A stretch of DNA of 64,000 nt from Vulcanimicrobiota bacterium. GTDB lineage: Bacteria; Vulcanimicrobiota; Xenobia; Xenobiales; JADMJV01. Positions 18,641 to 29,331 of this stretch are shown piece by piece; the first letter of the stretch is position 1; each line of letters opens with the position of its first letter. Location of the stretch: the NCBI GenBank assembly GCA_050250895.1, contig JBFWNU010000001.1:2468891-2532890 (forward strand), read 5' to 3'. The notes under the pieces were generated by a model that searched no databases, was not told the origin of the DNA, and was given only the letters and a program-made list of their open reading frames with translations. The position numbers were made by a program, and so were the translations under genes.

Positions 18641-19783
18641 ATGCGAATCCACAGCACGCCACCTCGCTTTGCCCCGCCCAAGGTCCAACTTCCCCATGAT
18701 GAAGGCTCTCACCCCGAGGCCAAGACGGAATGGTGGTATCTCAACGGCCATCTCGAGGACGACCAGGGTCGCCATTACGGCATCATGCACGCTTTGTTCG
18801 ACATGCCCGACGCCATCCACGGTCGCTACAACATTAATCTTCCCTTCATGCCGGGCGCTACGGCCCTCGACACCGGCTTGACTCGCGAAAGCGAAGGGTT
18901 GCACAGCCAGAGCACCCGCTTGCACCCTATCGCTCCCGGCTACTCTCACCCGGGCCTGACCGAAGGCGAACTCGATCAGAGCTTTACCGATAACAACGGA
19001 GTGTGGCGGATGAAGCGATTCGATTCGCGCACCATCCAGGTGTCGGGGCCCACCGGCGACGGCAGCGTCGACCTGACTCTGACCGAGAAGAAGCCGCCTT
19101 TGATGATGGGTGGTGAGGGCGAGATCAAGATGGGTCCCAAAGGTCTCTCCAAGTACGTGACCTATCCTTCCCTCGAGGTCGACGGAACCTTGACCGTCGA
19201 CGGTGAGGAGCGCCATGTGCGCGGTCAGGCCTGGATTGACCACCAGTGGGGCGACATGCAGCTTTACAACGGCTACGAAGGCTGGGATTGGTTCGGCATT
19301 CAGCTTAATAACGATACCCAGATCAACGCCTTTCGCTTCCGCGACACTCAGGGCGGCAACGCCCACGCGACGGTGGGCATCAGCCGCCCCGACGCAAGCC
19401 AGGCGGTCTCTGAGGATCTCAAGCTCGAGGCCGGCAAGACCTGGACCAGCCCCCACACCGGCGCCACCTATCCCTTGCAGTGGCATCTGGTGGTGCCGGA
19501 CCAGGGCATCGACCTGGCCGTCGAGCCCACCCTGGAAGACCAGGAGATGGTGGGGATGCCTCCTTACTCCCACCCCGAGCTGGCTCTCATTCCTACCTAT
19601 TGGGAGGGGGGCGTGCATGTTCACGGGACGGTCCGTGGAGAAGCTGTGGACGGGCGTGGTTATATGGAACTGGTAGGCTATCCCGGGGACCGAATCATGG
19701 CCAAAGAACCCACCGCCGAGACGCTCGAATTGGCCCGAAGATTGGCTCGCGAAGCGGCCGCGGAGACTACTACCCCGGTATAG
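18641..19783 (+). CDS. CrtC/AttH lipocalin-like hydrolase
   Basis: HPEAKTEWWYLNG, AWIDHQWG, GWDWFG, YWEG, GRGYMELVGY. Confidence 0.85.
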   Translation: MRIHSTPPRFAPPKVQLPHDEGSHPEAKTEWWYLNGHLEDDQGRHYGIMHALFDMPDAIHGRYNINLPFMPGATALDTGLTRESEGLHSQSTRLHPIAPGYSHPGLTEGELDQSFTDNNGVWRMKRFDSRTIQVSGPTGDGSVDLTLTEKKPPLMMGGEGEIKMGPKGLSKYVTYPSLEVDGTLTVDGEERHVRGQAWIDHQWGDMQLYNGYEGWDWFGIQLNNDTQINAFRFRDTQGGNAHATVGISRPDASQAVSEDLKLEAGKTWTSPHTGATYPLQWHLVVPDQGIDLAVEPTLEDQEMVGMPPYSHPELALIPTYWEGGVHVHGTVRGEAVDGRGYMELVGYPGDRIMAKEPTAETLELARRLAREAAAETTTPV

Positions 19784-19884
19784 TATCCCTTGAGATAGGG
19801 CGAGAATACAAAGGGGGATGGATGCGCGTCCCCGTGAGGTCGTTACCATAGTGTCAGGGGCGCTGCCCTGAAAGTGAGGACATT

Positions 19885-20319
19885 ATGGAAAGCTTAGGTA
19901 CGACCCGAGAAAAGGATGTCGTTAGAACGGAGAACGGCACCCACAGCGTGGAGAAGATCCATAGTCAAGCCTATGAACCGTCACACAGCGAACAGAAGCT
20001 AGCTCGCCTCGAACGTATCAAGCGTGTCGGCGGGTTGCTCATCACCGTCATCTCGGTGATTCTCTCGTTTCGCTTCGTGCTCTTGCTGCTGGGCGCTAAC
20101 CCCAACAACGGTTTTGCCAACTTTATCTATCAGGTGAGCCAGCCACTGGCGGCGCCGTTCGTGACCCTGTTTGGCTCCAACCCGACCCTGGGGCAATCGG
20201 TTTTTGAACTGCCGACCCTGATTGCCATTGCGGTGTACGCTCTGCTCGGTTACGGAGCGATCGCCTTCGTGAAGGCCATCGCTGCCCCTGAGGACCCGAG
20301 CGGTCGAGCCTACGAGTAG
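19885..20319 (+). CDS. YggT family membrane protein
   Basis: RFVLLLLGANPNNGFANFIYQVSQPLAAPF..FELPTLIAIAVY. Confidence 0.8.
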   Translation: MESLGTTREKDVVRTENGTHSVEKIHSQAYEPSHSEQKLARLERIKRVGGLLITVISVILSFRFVLLLLGANPNNGFANFIYQVSQPLAAPFVTLFGSNPTLGQSVFELPTLIAIAVYALLGYGAIAFVKAIAAPEDPSGRAYE

Positions 20320-20398
20320 AGTTGACTCTACATTTTGATGGTTGGCCCCCGGCTGGGGGCCAACTTCACTTTGCCCCATCCAGGAGAAAGGTTTCACC

Positions 20399-21085
20399 AT
20401 GGTAAAGCAAGAGATAATGAGTGACCAAGTCAGGCTCGTAATCGTGGACGACCACCCGGTGGTTCTTCAAGGTTTGAAGTTTATGCTCAGCGAAGCCGAG
20501 GGCATCGAGGTTGTCGGCCAGGCCACCAGCGGCGACGAAGCTCTGGAAGTCATCCCCAAGCTCGCTCCCCACGTCGTCTTGATGGACGTGCGTCTGCCCG
20601 GTATGAACGGGCTCGAGGTGATGCGCCGGCTGAAAGAGCAGATGGAAGTAGCGGTCATCTTGATTACCGTCTCCGATAGCGATCTCTATCTGGTCGAGGC
20701 TCTACGTTGGGGGGCTAGCGGCTATCTCACCAAGGATTCCTCGAGAGATTTGATTTCCCACGCCATTCGGGCCGCTATGCAAGGCGGCACGACCCTGGCC
20801 CAGCAACTTGTCGATAAAGGCTTCGGCGCCATCGCCCGGGCAGCCACGAACCTGGGCAAGCCCCCCGATGACGACTCTTTGCCGTCGCTGGTCGAGTTGA
20901 CCCCCCGCGAGCTCGATGTTCTTCGGCTGGTGTCCGAGGGCAAGACCAACCGTTCCATTGCCAAGGAATTAAGCCTGGCCGAGGTCACCGTCAAGAAGCA
21001 CGTGCAATCGATCCTGGGCAAAATGGGCGTACGCGATAGAACCCAGGCGGCCCTGCGAGGGGTCCGACTGGGTCTGATCGACTAA
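20399..21085 (+). CDS. NarL/LuxR family response regulator
   Basis: VDDHPVV receiver; LTPRELDVLRLVSEGKTNRSIA..TVKKHV HTH. Confidence 0.95.
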   Translation: MVKQEIMSDQVRLVIVDDHPVVLQGLKFMLSEAEGIEVVGQATSGDEALEVIPKLAPHVVLMDVRLPGMNGLEVMRRLKEQMEVAVILITVSDSDLYLVEALRWGASGYLTKDSSRDLISHAIRAAMQGGTTLAQQLVDKGFGAIARAATNLGKPPDDDSLPSLVELTPRELDVLRLVSEGKTNRSIAKELSLAEVTVKKHVQSILGKMGVRDRTQAALRGVRLGLID

Positions 21086-21096
21086 ACTCGACGTCT

Positions 21097-21591
21097 CTAG
21101 ATTCGCTCTCCCGGGGCGGATTGGTAGCCCGGCGGCGCTGCGTCGCGCTGGCTCGGGTCTGGCTGCTTGACGTAGTTCGAGCCGTCTGGCTTGGGAACTT
21201 TCGGAACTTCTAGCGATACCGTCACGACCGGCGCTTCGGACTCTTCAGCTCGCTCGACCGGTGCGGCCTTTTTGCCAGTCTTCGGTCGGGGCCGAGCCTT
21301 GGGATAGGCCGACTGGGGTATGGTGGGCCGGCTTTGGGCCTGAGGCGGGACGGATCGATCCGGTCGAACCGCCTCCACATCCACTTTTTCTTCGGGCCGT
21401 GGCGGCCGGTTCGCGGCGCGTTGCTCTCGCTCGGCCGCCTCTTCGGCTTGGAGCAGTCGCTCATGGAGGTCGCGGGCCGGAGTATCGCTGCTGACCTCGA
21501 CTTCTTGAGTCGGGGGCGAGTCGCTGGGCGAGCGGGAGCAGCCGCCCAGCAAGAGTGCTGCCAGGGCAGAGGCAATCAGCTGGTTTCTCAA
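21097..21591 (-). CDS. Proline-rich lipoprotein
   Basis: Lipobox LLGGC; SD AGGAGG. Confidence 0.7.
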   Translation of the reverse strand: MRNQLIASALAALLLGGCSRSPSDSPPTQEVEVSSDTPARDLHERLLQAEEAAEREQRAANRPPRPEEKVDVEAVRPDRSVPPQAQSRPTIPQSAYPKARPRPKTGKKAAPVERAEESEAPVVTVSLEVPKVPKPDGSNYVKQPDPSQRDAAPPGYQSAPGERI

Positions 21592-21684
21592 CGAGGGTCC
21601 TCCTGTCTGCGGATATTATGGCAGCTTTGTCCGGCGCTGGCACCATACCAATAGAGGGGAGGGGAGTATCCTATTGGATCCTGC

Positions 21685-22404
21685 TTAAGACGAGCGGGTG
21701 AAGAAGAAGTCGAGGTATTTTTCCAGTTGGCGAGGACCCCCGGTGCTGAACCGTTCAAAGGCCAACCCGTAGTGGGGGACACGGCCCCGGCGCACCAGCG
21801 CCACGTGACCCGCCACGCGAATCTCGGGCATCTTGTCGAGGGGGCCGAAGCTAAGAATGACCGGGGTCCCTCGTTCAAGGGGAGTTCCGGTTGCTTCTAC
21901 CCGGGCCCCGTTGAGGCCCAGATCCTTGACCGTCACCTTGCGAGATTCGTCACCGATCTGGAGTCGGGCCGGCAGCAGGCAGATCACTCGCAGGAACTGT
22001 CGCTTTTGATAGATCGTGCCAGCTTCCAGCCCCAGTCGTTTGAACTCGTAGAAGGCCCAGCTGCGCGACATCACCTGTTCGCTTTCGGCGAAAGACAGAC
22101 CGGCCAAAAAATGGACACCTTCTTTCTGGCGCCATTCGACCTTGCAGTCGACGGCGTCAAACTCCGCCTGGAGCGGGCAGTTACGCACCCTCACCTTCAG
22201 GCTTTCGCCTTTCTTGATGGGGCCATAACACAGGACCTGAAGACCCGAGATACTCATGTCGCGAACCTCGCCCCCCATCAAGGTCGGAGGTTTCTGGAGC
22301 TGAACCTCGATCTTGCAGGGAATGCGCAACATGGCGCGCCTATCAGAGTAATCCCAACGACCAAATCCTACCAGGTTTTTCAGGGCCGCCAGGAGGTTAT
22401 CCAC
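21685..22404 (-). CDS. Tandem PilZ domain protein
   Basis: RRAMLR..DMSISG and KRQFLR..DLGLNG c-di-GMP-type motifs. Confidence 0.85.
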   Translation of the reverse strand: MDNLLAALKNLVGFGRWDYSDRRAMLRIPCKIEVQLQKPPTLMGGEVRDMSISGLQVLCYGPIKKGESLKVRVRNCPLQAEFDAVDCKVEWRQKEGVHFLAGLSFAESEQVMSRSWAFYEFKRLGLEAGTIYQKRQFLRVICLLPARLQIGDESRKVTVKDLGLNGARVEATGTPLERGTPVILSFGPLDKMPEIRVAGHVALVRRGRVPHYGLAFERFSTGGPRQLEKYLDFFFTRSS

Positions 22405-22411
22405 GCGGGCC

Positions 22412-22888
22412 TCAGAGAGTCAGAGCCACCCAGGGGTCCACCACCTGGCCCCGGAGCTCGGCGTAGCTGCCTTCGAATTGGCGACTTACCCTCACCGCAC
22501 GGGCGTGGGGAAGGTCTTCTTCGCCAGCATTGAGGGTGATCAGATCCACCAGCTCGGGTGCGAAACGGGTCAGGGCTACCGTCGCCGTCTTGCCTTTGCC
22601 GACCGTAAAAAGCACCCATCCGTTCTGAGTGTTGCCTTCAAAGTAAGCCTCGACCCGCATGCCACCAAATTCGACCGCCAGAGCGCCCTCGCCCGGCATC
22701 AGGTCTCGGTCGCTCTCGTCGAGAGCCTGGAGTTGCTCGAACTGTTCGCAAACTTGCTCGAGCGTCTCGCGGGCCTGCTCGCCGGTGAGCGCCTGGCTCT
22801 CGTCTTTCTCGGTCAGGTGCCCGTTGTCGAAGAAATCCTCGACCGTCGAGCGACACCAGGCAGGCAGAAACTCAAGGGGTTGCTTCAC
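22412..22888 (-). CDS. Hypothetical protein
   Basis: Coupled (GTGA overlap) to the large TPR gene. Confidence 0.7.
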   Translation of the reverse strand: MKQPLEFLPAWCRSTVEDFFDNGHLTEKDESQALTGEQARETLEQVCEQFEQLQALDESDRDLMPGEGALAVEFGGMRVEAYFEGNTQNGWVLFTVGKGKTATVALTRFAPELVDLITLNAGEEDLPHARAVRVSRQFEGSYAELRGQVVDPWVALTL

Positions 22889-25800
22889 GAGATCTCCTGG
22901 TTGAGAAAGGCCTCGTCGGGTGTCTCTCCGGCCTCGGCTTTGGTTTTGGCTTCTTGCAGCCAGGTCTTGGCAGCGTCGCTCAGGTTGGCAGCCGCCAGCC
23001 CCTTCTTGGCGGCTGCGGCGGCCTCGTCGTTTTCACCGGCTTCAGCCAGAACCTTGACTTTGGCCACGTGGGCCGGCGCGTAGTCGGCATCGAGCCCCAG
23101 GGCGTTGTCGAAGGCCTTGGTCGCTTCTTGAGTCTTCTTCAGGCGGCCGTAAGCCGTTCCCAGGTCGACATAGACCTCGGCCTGAGGGTCGCCCTGCAGC
23201 AACTTTCTGAACTGGACCACCGCCAGGGTGTCCTTGCCGACGTGACAGTAGGCTCGAGCCAGATGCAAAAGATAGCCCGGCTCCTCGCCATTCTTCTTCT
23301 GCAAGTCGCGATAGAAGTCGATCAGTTTGCGAGCGTTGCCGGCGTCGCCGATCAAGGCGTAGATACCCCGATGAGCCGCTTTGTCGTGGGGATTCTCGTT
23401 GAGCTTGTCCCGGTAGAAATCGAGGGCCTCGTCGGGATCGCTGGGGGCATCGGCGTAAGACTCGGCCGAGGCGGCCGGAGCAGCTTTAGCCGGAGGCTCG
23501 GCGGCAGGGGCCTCTTCGGTCACAGGTTCTTCCACGGCAGGCTCTTCAGCCGCCGGCTCGGGCTCGGGCTCGGGCTCAGGCTCAGGCTCGGGAGCGGTCT
23601 CGGCTGTAGCCTCTTCGTGGCCCGGCTCGAGTTCGAGGACCTTTTCGAAGTGGGCCCTGGCCTGGTCGGCTTCGCCAGCCTCTTTGGCCTGGCGTGCGGC
23701 CACCAGATGAACGCGCACCTGATCGTCTTTAAGAGAAAGCTCGCCAAACAGGGCGATGGCCTCGTCCAGTTTGCCTTCCTTTTCGAGTTCTTCCGCTTCG
23801 GCTTTGCGTAGCGCGGGAATCTCGGCTTGGGCTTTCTCGTTCTCGGGATCGCGGACCAGTAATTTCTCCCATACTTCGCGGGCCGCCACGGCTCCGCCGG
23901 CCGCAAGCGCCGACTGAGCCCAACTGCTAAAGGTCTCGCCCGCCTGGGTCTTGGCCTCGGGGTGATCGGCCTGCTCGCCCAACAGCCGATCGTAGGTGGC
24001 GACAGCTTCTTCGAACTGCTCGTCAGACCTCTGTTTCTCGGCCCAGGCCAGCAATACGGCCGCCCGTGTGGGAGCCAGTTCGGCATGCTCGGGCTCGGCT
24101 TCGGCGACCTGATCGAGGGTGGCCAGAGCTTGTTCGAACTCCCCCGCCTCTTTCTGTTCGCCGGCCGTCTTGAGCAGCGGCCCCACCTTGTCGGACAAGC
24201 CTTCGGCTGCCGCCGGGTCAAGCTCGGCCAACTTGGCCACAAGGGCCTGGGCGGCCTCCCCGCGGCCGTCAGCCTCGAGGGACTGAATCCAGGCCTGATA
24301 GAGCCGGATCCGGTCACCTTTGCTCTCGTCCGTCTCACCCAGCACTCCGATGGCCTTTTCATACTCGCCTTCGGCCTCGAGGGACTGAGCCCAGTTGGAG
24401 CGCAAGGCGGCCAATCGCTCGTCGACCACGGCCGCGTCGGGAGCCTCTTCGCGCAGCTTCTCATAAAGCTCGATGGCAGCTTCGAACTCGCCTTCGGCCT
24501 CTTTAGCCTTGGCCTCACCCGCCGATAGATCGAAGAGGCGGGATTTTGCCTCGGCGTGGTCGGATTGCTCGGACAGTAATTGGGCCACCACGCCCTTGGC
24601 GGCGTCGACATGGCCATCGTCTTCCAGCAGCTTGGCCCACTCGAGGTGCAGTCGAGCCAACTCCTCAGCAGGAGCGCCACCCGGCGTCTTGCGCAGATTC
24701 TCGATGGCTCCCTCGAATTCGCCCTCGGCCTCGAGCTGCTTGGCCCAGGCCAGATAGATTCGCCCCAGTTCTTGCTGGGCGTCCTCGGAGTCAGCGTTTT
24801 TCTCGAGAAAACCGTTCCAGACCTCGGCGGCCGCGCCGAATTCGCCTTCGGCCACGCGGGACTTCGCCCATTCGCGATGCAACCGCAATAGTTGTTCGGC
24901 CGCCACCTCGTTGTCGGGCAGTTCGCTCTGCAGGCTCTGATAGGCAGCCACGGCTTGTTCCCATTCGCCGGTTGCTTCGCTTTGCTCCGACCAGGCTGCG
25001 TAGAGGCGAGCCAGTTCCTCTTTGGCCTTGTCGGCCTGCTCGCCCTCGAGCTGAGGGCGCCACAGGGCCAGGGCCTGTTCGAACTCGCCTTCGGCCTCGA
25101 GCTGCTCGGCTTGTTCGGCCAGACTCGGTCCTTCCTCGACGGGGGCTTCCTCGGCCTGCTCCTCGGCGGGGGCTTCCTCGGCCTGCTCCTCGGCGGGGGC
25201 TTCCTCGGCTTGCTCGTCGGCGGGGGCTTCCTCGGCTTGCTCGTCGGCGGGGGCTTCCTCGGCTTGCTCGTCGGCGGGGGCTTCCTCGGCTTGCTCCTCG
25301 GCGGGGGCTTCTTCGGCCTGCTCCTCGGCGGGGGCTTCCTCGGCTTGCTCCTCGGCGGGAGCTTCCTCGGCGGGAGCTTCCTCGGCCTGCTCCTCGGCGG
25401 GGGCTTCCTCGGCCTGCTCCTCGGCGGGGGCTTCCTCGGCTTGCTCCTCGGCGGGGGCTTCCTCGGCTTGCTCCTCGGCGGGGGCTTCCTCGGCCTGCTC
25501 CTCGGCGGGGGCTTCCTCGGCCTGCTCTTCGGCGGCGGGTGCTACTTCGGCCTCGGCGGCAGGGCCGGCCAGGGCTTCTTGGAGCGCGGCCGACCGCTGG
25601 GCAGCCTCGGCGTTGCCGGGGTCAAGCGCGAGCACGGCCTGATAGGTGGCCAGCGCCTCTTCGGGCTGGTTGTTCTGCTCGTGAGCCCTGGCCAGGGCGG
25701 CAAACCCGGCTGCCGACGGCTCGAGTTCGGTGGCCTTGCTCAACCAGTTGACCGCCTCGGCCCAGTTCTCTTCGCGAACGTAAGTCTCGCCGATCTTGAG

Positions 25801-28566
25801 GGTCGCGCCGGGGTGGTCGGCCTGCATCTCGAGCACCCGCTCGAAACGCTGGCGAGCCTTGTCGGCTTTGCCCAGCTCGAGGAAGTCGCAAGCCATTTCA
25901 AAGGCGTCTTGAACCTCGTGCGAGCTGGGCTCGTCGCCGGGTAAGAGCGCCTCGACCGAACCGCTCGCCTCGACCGGCTCTTCTTTCTGCAGGCCTGCCA
26001 GCTCTTGCTCGAACTGGCCCGAGAGCTCGCTGTCGCCGGCACTCTGGGCCAGCGTCTTGCCAGCGGTGAAGAGGCTGGTGGCTTGCGCTTCGTCGCCCTG
26101 AGAGAGGACGAACTTGCCGAAGTGGAGGTAGGCCTTATAGTGGGTGGGATCTTTCTCGATGATGCTGGCGAACAGTTCGCCAGCTTCGGCCTCACGGCCG
26201 GTAACCTGAGCCAGGATGGCCTTTTCGAGGATCTCGTCGAGGTCCGCTTTGGCCGGCTCCGACTTGGCGGGCGGGGCGGGCGTGACGGCGGGTTGTTCTT
26301 CAAGCTGGTCGAAGACCATGCGGGCCGTGTCGGGCACGACCGGGTCGGCGGCCGATACGGGGGCGGGGGGAGCGACCGGCGGGGGTGGCGCCACCGGTTC
26401 GGGGGGCCTGGCTGCCACCGGAGGGGCCACCGGCGTGGGTGGAGCCACCGGGGTGGGAGGGGCCACAGGGGTCGGTGTCGCCACGGGGGCCGGGCGGACC
26501 GGCTCGGGACGAGGCAACTTCTCGCCAAAGAGCGCCTCGAGCCGCTCGTAACCAGGCTCGTTGTGAGGATCGAGTTCGACCACTTTGTTGTAGGCCAGTT
26601 TGGCGTCGTGCTCGCGGCCCACGGCCTCGTAAGCCTGACCGAGGCCAAAGTGGAAGTCGACGCGTTCGGGGGCCAGGCGAGTGAGACGTAGGTATTGGTC
26701 GAGGGCGTCTTCCCATTTGCCCTGCTGGGAGCACAGCTTGGCGCTGGTCTCGCGGAGGGGAATGTTCTCGGGATCGAGCTGCAGGGCCCGGCGAATCTCT
26801 TGATTGGCCTTTTCGGGGTGGCCGGCTTCGGCCAGGGCCAGGGCGTATTTCGTGAGGAAATCGGGATTCTCGCGGTTTTCGTCTAGTTTGCGCTCGAAGA
26901 ACTGCAGGGCGCGTTCGGGCTGGCCCATGCCCACGTAGGCTTCGCCCAGACTCACCATGGAGGGCGTGTGGGACGGATCGACATCGAGAGCTTGCTGGAA
27001 GAAGTCGACACCGATGCTCGGCTTGCCGCGATGCTTTAGATAGACGATGCCCAGGCCGTGCAGAGCGTTGACGTAGCGAGGGTCGAGACGGACCGCGTCT
27101 TGATAGGACTCGAAGGCGTACTCGGGCATGTCGAGCGCCAGAAAGGCGTCGGCCAGGCGGCACCGAGCAATGACCGACTCGGGGTTGAGTTCGACCACCT
27201 TGCGGTACATCGAGATCGCGTCGTCGACGGCGCCAGCCTTCATCTGGACATCGGCCAGCAAGAAGTTGGTGTCTAGATCGTTGGGGTTTAGCTTGATGGC
27301 CTGACGCAGCTCGGCGATGGCCTCTTCGGAGCTGCCTTTGGTCAGCAGCGCCTTGGCCAGGTTGAGGTGATACTGAGCGTCTTGCGGCTTGAGTTCGACC
27401 GCTCGGCGATAGGCCTCGATAGCCTTTTCGAGCTGGTTGAGTTCTTCGCGCATCAGGCCGAGGTTGTAGCAGGCGTAGGCGTCTTTCGGGTTGAGGCGGG
27501 CAGCCTCGCCGTAGTGGACGGCGGCCGAGTCGAAGTCGCGCTGGCGGTGGTAGGCCTGGGCTAGATTGTAGTGGGCGTACGAATCCGACGGATTGATTTC
27601 GAGGGCTTTCTTGAACCCTTCGATGGCCTTGTCGAGGTTGCCCAGCTGCATGCAGGTCGTGCCCAGCTCGTAAATGGCCTCGGCCGAGGTAGGATTAAGC
27701 TCGACCGCTTTTTCGTAGCAGTGGATGGCCAGGTCGGGCCGGTGCATCTGTTTGCAGCACTCCGCCAGATGCATGTGGACCTCGGGTGATTTCGGGTCGA
27801 AATCGAGAGCCCTTTGATACTGCTGCATAGCCCGCTTGTATTTAGTCTGCTTCATATAGACGCGACCGAGGGCGAAGTGGAAGCGAGCCGACTCGGGATC
27901 GAGTTCGATGGCTCGCTCGAGGTGGCGTACGGCCAGAGCGCTCATATTTTCGCGCTCGTAGATGAGGCCGAGTTGATGGTGCGAGTCGGCAAAACGCGGG
28001 TTGGCGTCGACGGCCCGCTTGAAATTGTTGATGGCCAGTTTGTTCTGACCCAGCGCGCTGTAGATCTCTCCGCACTGGACATAGGCTTCCCACAGGCTAG
28101 GATTGATGTCGAGAGCGCGTTTGAGGCTCTGCAAGGCTAGCTCTGGCTTCTGGAAATACTTGTAGGCTGCACCCAGTTGGTAGTGGGCGAAGGCGTCCTT
28201 GGGATTGATGACGATGGGACGCTCGAACTGCTGGATGGCCGAGTCTAGCTTGCCTTTGTAGAGAGCCAGGTTCTCGGGAATGGTAAACGTGTTGTGCAGA
28301 TTCGGCTCGTATTCGAAGGCCCGAGCCCACTCTTGCAGGGCTAACGGTAGCTCGCCGCCTTTGGCGAAAAGAAAACCGCGATGCAAAAAGGAGAGCGCAT
28401 GCCTCGAGTTGAGCTTGATAGCCTTTTCATACTGCTTGACCGCCTCGGCCGTGTTACCCGCCTCTTCGTAGGCCAACCCCAACTTGAAGTGGGCATCAGG
28501 GTTGTCGGGCTGTAACTTGACCAGGGTCGAGTATTTCTGGATATCTGGTGAGGTGACTTCGGCCAT
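22885..28566 (-). CDS. Large TPR-repeat protein (1893 aa) with Pro-rich and acidic tandem-repeat linkers
   Basis: Many A..Y.KA..LNP....YNLG TPR motifs; central EEQAEEAPA repeats. Confidence 0.92.
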   Translation of the reverse strand: MAEVTSPDIQKYSTLVKLQPDNPDAHFKLGLAYEEAGNTAEAVKQYEKAIKLNSRHALSFLHRGFLFAKGGELPLALQEWARAFEYEPNLHNTFTIPENLALYKGKLDSAIQQFERPIVINPKDAFAHYQLGAAYKYFQKPELALQSLKRALDINPSLWEAYVQCGEIYSALGQNKLAINNFKRAVDANPRFADSHHQLGLIYERENMSALAVRHLERAIELDPESARFHFALGRVYMKQTKYKRAMQQYQRALDFDPKSPEVHMHLAECCKQMHRPDLAIHCYEKAVELNPTSAEAIYELGTTCMQLGNLDKAIEGFKKALEINPSDSYAHYNLAQAYHRQRDFDSAAVHYGEAARLNPKDAYACYNLGLMREELNQLEKAIEAYRRAVELKPQDAQYHLNLAKALLTKGSSEEAIAELRQAIKLNPNDLDTNFLLADVQMKAGAVDDAISMYRKVVELNPESVIARCRLADAFLALDMPEYAFESYQDAVRLDPRYVNALHGLGIVYLKHRGKPSIGVDFFQQALDVDPSHTPSMVSLGEAYVGMGQPERALQFFERKLDENRENPDFLTKYALALAEAGHPEKANQEIRRALQLDPENIPLRETSAKLCSQQGKWEDALDQYLRLTRLAPERVDFHFGLGQAYEAVGREHDAKLAYNKVVELDPHNEPGYERLEALFGEKLPRPEPVRPAPVATPTPVAPPTPVAPPTPVAPPVAARPPEPVAPPPPVAPPAPVSAADPVVPDTARMVFDQLEEQPAVTPAPPAKSEPAKADLDEILEKAILAQVTGREAEAGELFASIIEKDPTHYKAYLHFGKFVLSQGDEAQATSLFTAGKTLAQSAGDSELSGQFEQELAGLQKEEPVEASGSVEALLPGDEPSSHEVQDAFEMACDFLELGKADKARQRFERVLEMQADHPGATLKIGETYVREENWAEAVNWLSKATELEPSAAGFAALARAHEQNNQPEEALATYQAVLALDPGNAEAAQRSAALQEALAGPAAEAEVAPAAEEQAEEAPAEEQAEEAPAEEQAEEAPAEEQAEEAPAEEQAEEAPAEEQAEEAPAEEAPAEEQAEEAPAEEQAEEAPAEEQAEEAPADEQAEEAPADEQAEEAPADEQAEEAPAEEQAEEAPAEEQAEEAPVEEGPSLAEQAEQLEAEGEFEQALALWRPQLEGEQADKAKEELARLYAAWSEQSEATGEWEQAVAAYQSLQSELPDNEVAAEQLLRLHREWAKSRVAEGEFGAAAEVWNGFLEKNADSEDAQQELGRIYLAWAKQLEAEGEFEGAIENLRKTPGGAPAEELARLHLEWAKLLEDDGHVDAAKGVVAQLLSEQSDHAEAKSRLFDLSAGEAKAKEAEGEFEAAIELYEKLREEAPDAAVVDERLAALRSNWAQSLEAEGEYEKAIGVLGETDESKGDRIRLYQAWIQSLEADGRGEAAQALVAKLAELDPAAAEGLSDKVGPLLKTAGEQKEAGEFEQALATLDQVAEAEPEHAELAPTRAAVLLAWAEKQRSDEQFEEAVATYDRLLGEQADHPEAKTQAGETFSSWAQSALAAGGAVAAREVWEKLLVRDPENEKAQAEIPALRKAEAEELEKEGKLDEAIALFGELSLKDDQVRVHLVAARQAKEAGEADQARAHFEKVLELEPGHEEATAETAPEPEPEPEPEPEPAAEEPAVEEPVTEEAPAAEPPAKAAPAASAESYADAPSDPDEALDFYRDKLNENPHDKAAHRGIYALIGDAGNARKLIDFYRDLQKKNGEEPGYLLHLARAYCHVGKDTLAVVQFRKLLQGDPQAEVYVDLGTAYGRLKKTQEATKAFDNALGLDADYAPAHVAKVKVLAEAGENDEAAAAAKKGLAAANLSDAAKTWLQEAKTKAEAGETPDEAFLNQEIS
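25141..25533. repeat. 27-bp coding VNTR (about 14 copies plus one 15-bp partial) encoding (E/D)EQAEEAPA
   Basis: Unit GGGGGCTTCCTCGGCYTGCTCSTCGGC repeated in tandem. Confidence 0.95.
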
Positions 28567-28797
28567 TCGGCTTCTCCTAGAGACTAGTCCACCAAAGCGA
28601 AAATACCCGCGCAGGCCACTGGCCAGCTACCCGGGCGCGATAGGTGAAGTATACTAACGAATCTAGTCCGATCTCTGGTTACGATACGCAATGATTTTTC
28701 GACAGCGTCATATTCCAGACAAACTCGGGCAGGTCCTTCACTTCAAAGACTTCGCCGTTTTAACAGGGCCCGTCCATCCTGCCTTGAAGTATCTGCG

Positions 28798-29331
28798 ATG
28801 CTTAGCTACGGTGAAGTTCGGTTGTGGCCTCTAGAGCGGCCAGACCTGGTTCAGAACTACCAGTGGGCCAACGATCGCGAACTGATCGAACTGGCTGGAA
28901 TGACGCCAAAACCCAAGACCGGACCCGAACTCGAGCGCTGGTATGAATCGATTCTGGGGGCGGCTGACCTTCAGATCTTCTCGATCAAGCTGGCTGACCA
29001 CACTTACGTAGGAAATATCGAGCTGCGCTCCATCGACCAGCGCTCAGGCAAGGCCGAAGTGGGAGTGATCGTTGGCTCGCGTGACCATTGGGGGCGGGGC
29101 CTGGGACGCCAGGCCATCGAGGCCGTAGCCGCCTATGCTTTTCGAGAACTGCGTCTGCACCGGCTTTACGCTCGGGTGTTGTCGCTCAATCCGCGCGCTT
29201 TGAAGGTGTTCGAGCGGTGCGGCTTTCGGGCCGAAGGAATTGAACGAGAAGCCCACTTTTCGGGCGGTCGTTATGCGGATATCCATATACTAGGACTATT
29301 AGCCTCGGAATGGGGCGCGGAGGGACTATGA
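28798..29331 (+). CDS. GNAT N-acetyltransferase (RimJ/RimL type)
   Basis: AEVGVIVG..HWGRGLG, AFRELRLHRL, N.RA..FERCGFRAEG. Confidence 0.9.
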   Translation: MLSYGEVRLWPLERPDLVQNYQWANDRELIELAGMTPKPKTGPELERWYESILGAADLQIFSIKLADHTYVGNIELRSIDQRSGKAEVGVIVGSRDHWGRGLGRQAIEAVAAYAFRELRLHRLYARVLSLNPRALKVFERCGFRAEGIEREAHFSGGRYADIHILGLLASEWGAEGL

